Assembly: GCA_040003735.1 (NCBI GenBank)
Contig: JBDUBY010000131.1
Coordinates: forward strand, 1-54,713
Length of the DNA stretch: 54,713 nt
From: Parafilimonas sp.
GTDB lineage: Bacteria; Bacteroidota; Bacteroidia; Chitinophagales; Chitinophagaceae
Direction of reading: 5' to 3'
In this document: positions 49,953-54,713 of the stretch, piece by piece
How the letters are laid out: the number at the start of each line of letters is the position of its first letter
Position numbering within the stretch: the first letter of the stretch is position 1
Position numbers and translations under genes: made by a program
The notes under the pieces: model-generated
The model's database searches: none
What the model saw: only the letters and a program-made list of their open reading frames with translations
Told to the model about the DNA's origin: nothing

Positions 49953-51008
49953 TTAGGTTTTGATAATTAATCCGCCCCATGAAATTCCACCACCGGCAGC
50001 AATTAATAATGCAGTTTGATTTTTCGTTAGCTTATTATTTTTTCTTGCATGATCTAAAGCAACAAGAATGGCTGATGAACCGCAGTTAGCAATATCACCA
50101 ATAATATCAATTGTTTTATTCATTGGAACTGATGCAGCTTCTGCGGCAGCAATTGTTCTTTTTTTATGCACCTGGTGCGGTATAAAACAATCAATTTCAT
50201 CAGCAGTAATTCCTGAAGCTTCGTATAAAATTTTTGGTGTTGATGACCATGCTTCATGCAAAAAATCTTCAGCGCCTTCTGCATAAGTTAAATAATAATT
50301 CTCGTTATCGAGGTCTTGTTGATTTGGCGGCATCAACCCTTTTACACCCATATAATTACTGTAAGCGCCGTTTGTATTTAAATATCCCGCAACAATGCCT
50401 TTTTCAGCAGCATCTGTTTTTGATAATACAACAGCAGCACCTGCATCACCACCGGCATACGCCATTGTTGAGTTTAATTTTAAAATTTTGGTTGTTGTTT
50501 CACCGCAGGTGATCAAAACATTTCTTGCACCATTTTGTAAAAGCTGGGCTGCCAATGCAATTGAAAATATATTGGATGAACAACCTGTTTTCATTTCCAT
50601 TGCCGGCGCATTAATGCCAAGCTTTCCCGCAACAAACGGCCCCATTGAAGTTGAATACCTTGGTGAAGTAATAGTTACAGCAATAACAAAATCTATTTCA
50701 TCTTTTTTAATTCCGCTGTCTTTAATAGCATTTTCTGCAGCTTCGATCATAAGATCTGCAGAAGTTAGTTCATCTTGCGAAATGATACTGCCAGGTGTAT
50801 GTGTCCAAAATCTTTTTTTTAATCCAAGTTCAGTCTCGTAATAATCGGGGCGAAGTTTTTTCGCGGTCATTTTTTCTGCCCAATCATCACCGTATATCAT
50901 TTGATGAATTTCATCATTTGTAACCCATCGGCCTGCATTAGGAAACGCCGTGCCGCTGCCTATAATTTCAATATTAAATAAGTTGTTTAGAAGTAGTCCA
51001 GATGGCAT
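49953..51008 (-). CDS. FabH/KAS III-like condensing enzyme 1 (divergent)
   Basis: KTGCSS (Cys), GDAGAAVV, PHQVHKK (His), ANCGSS (Asn), GGGISWG; start at MPSGL. Confidence 0.9.
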   Translation of the reverse strand: MPSGLLLNNLFNIEIIGSGTAFPNAGRWVTNDEIHQMIYGDDWAEKMTAKKLRPDYYETELGLKKRFWTHTPGSIISQDELTSADLMIEAAENAIKDSGIKKDEIDFVIAVTITSPRYSTSMGPFVAGKLGINAPAMEMKTGCSSNIFSIALAAQLLQNGARNVLITCGETTTKILKLNSTMAYAGGDAGAAVVLSKTDAAEKGIVAGYLNTNGAYSNYMGVKGLMPPNQQDLDNENYYLTYAEGAEDFLHEAWSSTPKILYEASGITADEIDCFIPHQVHKKRTIAAAEAASVPMNKTIDIIGDIANCGSSAILVALDHARKNNKLTKNQTALLIAAGGGISWGGLIIKT

Positions 51009-51149
51009 AAGTTGCAGCAATAAAGATTGTAATCAAATCCCGCGTTTTCTTTACGGATGCTGTAAACTTATTTTTTTTTGCTTAAAGAAGCAAATAGTTG
51101 TTCGCTTTATTTAGATTATGTGAAAAATGGAAAATATTTACCGGAATTT

Positions 51150-51317
51150 TTATTGCTTATTTTTTGAACCTACGGTAAAAATTAAAACCAGGGCAGCGAG
51201 AGAAGCTACCGCAAACACTGCTGTCCATATACCCGCTTTAAATATGCCTGCAATAGCCGAACAACCAGCTACAAAAATTAGAAAACAGGCTAATGTAAAT
51301 TCAAGCAAAGGTTTCAT
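51150..51317 (-). CDS. Small membrane protein / lipoprotein-like
   Basis: VAGCSAIAGIFKAGIW hydrophobic peptide of 55 aa. Confidence 0.55.
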   Translation of the reverse strand: MKPLLEFTLACFLIFVAGCSAIAGIFKAGIWTAVFAVASLAALVLIFTVGSKNKQ

Positions 51318-51420
51318 ACAATTCTTGTTTTGTGTATCCCTCAAAAAAATTGTGCCGCAAATCTCTGCTAGTATTGGATTTAATAAAAATGAAATTTAAT
51401 GAGTACAAATTTTCTCAAAT

Positions 51421-51458
51421 AAAAAACGGATTGCTGCATTTATAACAAACAATCCGTT
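51421..51458 (-). terminator. Intrinsic terminator after tkt
   Basis: Minus strand aacggattg...caatccgtttttt. Confidence 0.7.
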
Positions 51459-51475
51459 ACTACATGTTAGCTACT

Positions 51476-53473
51476 TTATTTTTTCAATAACCCTTTTGCT
51501 TTGCTTACAACATTATCAACACTAAAACCATACTCTTTCATTACTTCATCGCCCGGTGCAGATTCACCAAACTTGTTGATACCAATTATATCGCCTTCAT
51601 CGGTTACATATTTATGCCAGCCCAATGGTGAGCCTGCTTCAATTGATAACCGTTTCTTTGAAGCTTTAGGCAACACTTTTTCTTTATAAGCATCATCTTG
51701 CTTTTCAAACAATTCCCATGAAGGCATGCTTACAACACGGGTTGCAATATTTTCTTTTTGCAAAGCTTCCTGAGCTTTCATTGCAAGTGATACTTCACTG
51801 CCTGTTGCAATTAATATTAATTCAAATTTATCGGCATCAGATAAAACATAAGCGCCTTTTTCAAGTTCAGATGCTTTTGCATATTTTGTTTGATCAATGA
51901 TTGGCAATTTTTGCCTTGATAAAATTAATGCAACTGGTCCGCCTTCATGTTCCAACGCAACACGCCATGCTTGTGCAGCTTCATTTGCATCAGCAGGACG
52001 GATTAAAGTAAGATTTGGAATTGACCGCAATGAAATCAATTGCTCAATTGGCTGGTGTGTTGTTCCATCTTCACCCAAACCAATACTATCATGCGTATAA
52101 ACATAAATAGGTTTTATTTTCATGATGGCAGCAAGGCGAATTGGCGGCCGCATGTATTCACTGAAAATTAAAAATGTTGCACCATAAGGTGTAAAGCCTT
52201 TTGTAACGGCGATACCATTCAATACAGAACCCATTGCATGTTCGCGAATGCCAAAATGAAAATTTCTTCCGCTATGATCATTGCCTTCAAACGAACCATA
52301 TTTTTTTAATAACGTATTGGTTGAGGGAGCAAGATCTGCAGCACCACCAATCAATAAAGGAAAAGAATCTGCGATCGCATTTAATGTTTTGCCCGAAGCA
52401 GTACGTGTTGCTTCTTTTTCGTCCCCACTGAATGTTGGCAATTTTTCTTTCCAGCCTTCAGGTAATTTTTGATTGCTGAATAGTTCATATTCATTTGCGA
52501 GGTCAGCATATTTCTCTTTGTACGATGCAAACAAATCGTTCCATTTATTTTCAACAGGCGCGCCTTTCTCTCCTGCTTTTCTATAATAATTCAGCACTTC
52601 ATCAGGCACATAAAAGAATTTTTCGGGATCAAATCCTAAATTCTTTTTAGTAGCTGCCACTTCTTTTTCACCTAATGGTGCGCCATGAGATTCTGCTGTA
52701 TCAACAGCATCAGGAGCACCAAAAGCAATGTGCGTTCTAACTAAAATTAAAGAAGGTTTTACTGTTTCATTTTTTGCATTTTCAATAGCTTTTTCAATGG
52801 CGTTAATATCGTTACCATCATCAATTGATTGTGTGTGCCAGCCATAAGCTTCAAAACGTTTTGCAACATCTTCATCAAATGCCAAAGAAGTATCACCTTC
52901 AATTGAGATGTGGTTATTATCATACAAATAAATAAGATTTCCCAGCTTTAAATGGCCAGCCAGTGATGCAGCTTCTGCAGTTACACCTTCCATTAAATCA
53001 CCATCGCTGCAGATTGCATAAATTTTATAATCGAAAAGATCAAATCCATCTTTGTTATAGCGTGAAGCAAGATATTGTTGCGCGATGGCCATACCAACAC
53101 CATTCCCAAAACCCTGGCCTAAAGGACCGGTTGTAACTTCAATCCCGGCCAATAAACCATACTCCGGGTGGCCTGCCGTTTTGCTATGCAATTGCCTGAA
53201 ATTTTTTATGTCATCCATTGTAAGATCATAGCCCGTTAAATACAAATAAGCATATTGCAACATGCAGGCGTGACCAGCAGACAAAACAAACCTGTCGCGA
53301 TTTGGCCATTCAGGATTTTTTGGATTATAATTCATGATCTTGCTCCAGAGAACATGACCCATTGGTGCGGTGCCCATTGGCGTTCCCGGATGACCAGAAT
53401 TTGCTTTTTGAACTGCATCTGCTGCAAGAACGCGAACAGTATTTATACATAATTCATTTAAATCAGCATTCAT
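51476..53473 (-). CDS. tkt: Transketolase
   Basis: SGHPG, NRDRFVLSAGH, TTGPLGQG, SDGDLMEG, FGIREHAM, GEDGTTHQP. Confidence 0.97.
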   Translation of the reverse strand: MNADLNELCINTVRVLAADAVQKANSGHPGTPMGTAPMGHVLWSKIMNYNPKNPEWPNRDRFVLSAGHACMLQYAYLYLTGYDLTMDDIKNFRQLHSKTAGHPEYGLLAGIEVTTGPLGQGFGNGVGMAIAQQYLASRYNKDGFDLFDYKIYAICSDGDLMEGVTAEAASLAGHLKLGNLIYLYDNNHISIEGDTSLAFDEDVAKRFEAYGWHTQSIDDGNDINAIEKAIENAKNETVKPSLILVRTHIAFGAPDAVDTAESHGAPLGEKEVAATKKNLGFDPEKFFYVPDEVLNYYRKAGEKGAPVENKWNDLFASYKEKYADLANEYELFSNQKLPEGWKEKLPTFSGDEKEATRTASGKTLNAIADSFPLLIGGAADLAPSTNTLLKKYGSFEGNDHSGRNFHFGIREHAMGSVLNGIAVTKGFTPYGATFLIFSEYMRPPIRLAAIMKIKPIYVYTHDSIGLGEDGTTHQPIEQLISLRSIPNLTLIRPADANEAAQAWRVALEHEGGPVALILSRQKLPIIDQTKYAKASELEKGAYVLSDADKFELILIATGSEVSLAMKAQEALQKENIATRVVSMPSWELFEKQDDAYKEKVLPKASKKRLSIEAGSPLGWHKYVTDEGDIIGINKFGESAPGDEVMKEYGFSVDNVVSKAKGLLKK

Positions 53474-53614
53474 TCTTTTTATTTTTTGGAGTGGCAAGAT
53501 AAATATTAATTAAAGAAATATAGTTTCAATAAACGTTACAAATTTGTTTCCTTTTTAAATAATCAATTTAATTGTTGATGTATTCAAGTGCAAACTTGTG
53601 TTTAATTTTATTGA

Positions 53615-54103
53615 ATGAGTTATATCGTTCCTTCCGGTACAAGAATCGGGCACGTTCATTTAAAGGTTGCAGACCTTGACAAAGCTTTATCTTTTTATAA
53701 AGATTTGCTGGGCTTTCAAATAAAAGCACGTTATGGTACGCAAGCTGTTTTTATTGCGGCCGATGATTATCATCATCACATTGGCTTAAATACATGGTAT
53801 AGTAAAAATGCGCAACCGGCACCTGTACACGCTGCCGGATTATTTCATACAGCAATTCTTTATCCCACAAGAAAAGAGTTAGCCATTATTTTTAAAAGAT
53901 TGACGGACGCGAATTATCCCTTTACAGGTTTTGCAGATCATGGTGTTTCTGAAGCTTTGTATTTAAATGATCCGGATGAAAATGGCCTTGAATTATATTG
54001 GGATAAACCGCATGAACAATGGCCGCTTGATGCGGATGGAAACATTGAGATGTATACGAAAGAATTGGATCTCGATTCTTTATTAGCCGAGATAACAACA
54101 TAA
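53615..54103 (+). CDS. VOC family protein (CatE-like glyoxalase/dioxygenase)
   Basis: IGHVHLKV, YHHHIGLNTW, GLFHTA, DHGVSEALYLNDP..NGLELY. Confidence 0.88.
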   Translation: MSYIVPSGTRIGHVHLKVADLDKALSFYKDLLGFQIKARYGTQAVFIAADDYHHHIGLNTWYSKNAQPAPVHAAGLFHTAILYPTRKELAIIFKRLTDANYPFTGFADHGVSEALYLNDPDENGLELYWDKPHEQWPLDADGNIEMYTKELDLDSLLAEITT

Positions 54104-54713
54104 ATGCCGAACGACTATTTTCAGTTCAAGCAATTTTTAATTAAGCAGGATAAATGCGCCATGAAAGTTTGCACAGATGCTTGCTTATTTGGTGCGTTTG
54201 CTGCTACCCGTTTACCGTTAACCGTTAATAGAATATTAGATATTGGCAGCGGAACAGGATTGCTTTCTTTAATGCTTGCGCAAATATTAATTGATGCAAA
54301 CATTGATGCAGTTGAAATTGATGAAGCAGCGGCAAAGCAAGCGAAAGAAAATTTTGATGCTTCATTATGGAAAGAAAGATTGAATATCTATAATGAATCA
54401 ATTCAACAATTCGCTAATTCGCCAATCCGGAAATCTAACTATGATGTTATCATTTCCAATCCGCCGTTTTATGAAAGTGATTTAAAGAGTGATGATGACA
54501 AAAGAAATCTGGCCTTACATAGCTCAGATTTAAGGCTTGAAGAACTTATAAGCATCACATATAAACTACTAAATAATAATGGAAGTTTTTTTGTGTTGCT
54601 GCCTTATCACCGAACAACATATTTTCTTGAATTAAGTGAATGCAAATTTTTTGTACGTGAAAAAGTTCTTGTAAAACAAACATCAAAGCATAATTATTTC
54701 AGAAGTATATTAT
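54104..54713 (+). CDS. tRNA1(Val) A37 N6-methyltransferase TrmN6/YfiC-like (3' truncated; absent from ORF track)
   Basis: Translated by hand from ATG 54104: [50 protein letters not shown]. Confidence 0.88.
   Translation, partial: MPNDYFQFKQFLIKQDKCAMKVCTDACLFGAFAATRLPLTVNRILDIGSGTGLLSLMLAQILIDANIDAVEIDEAAAKQAKENFDASLWKERLNIYNESIQQFANSPIRKSNYDVIISNPPFYESDLKSDDDKRNLALHSSDLRLEELISITYKLLNNNGSFFVLLPYHRTTYFLELSECKFFVREKVLVKQTSKHNYFRSIL

Noticed and set aside
43563-51008. The cluster as flexirubin/dialkylresorcinol (dar), ole hydrocarbon or housekeeping FAS II genes
   Set aside because: No DarA, ACP, FabF/FabZ or OleB-type hydrolase is present; Ccr and MBOAT are not parts of those systems

Overview
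AT-rich bacterial chromosome segment. Gene content, TAnnTTTG promoter boxes and the signal-peptide-bearing AtpB point to Bacteroidota, probably Chitinophagaceae-like (inference). Most of the window is housekeeping: 3' part of pdhB, atpBEFHA without adjacent atpG, surE, ubiX, exbB-exbD-exbD-tonB, tsaB, ridA, nif3-like, rpoN, meaB, glnS, msrA, tkt and a partial tRNA methyltransferase, plus two TonB-dependent/beta-barrel receptors and several carbohydrate enzymes. No rRNA, tRNA, CRISPR array or transposase was seen. The standout is a co-oriented six-gene minus-strand cluster at 43563-51008. It encodes two FabH/KAS III-like condensing enzymes, an SDR ketoreductase, an acyl-CoA ligase, a crotonyl-CoA carboxylase/reductase with an apparently enlarged pocket, and an AlgI/DltB-type MBOAT, with no ACP or PKS. 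This is a candidate CoA-based pathway for alpha-alkyl-branched beta-hydroxy acyl chains (mini-mycolate or beta-lactone-like). Also notable: five copies of a ~55-bp dispersed repeat, a frameshifted nucleotidyltransferase paired with a small ORF, a perfect 14-bp operator-like palindrome, and short tandem repeats inside coding sequence.
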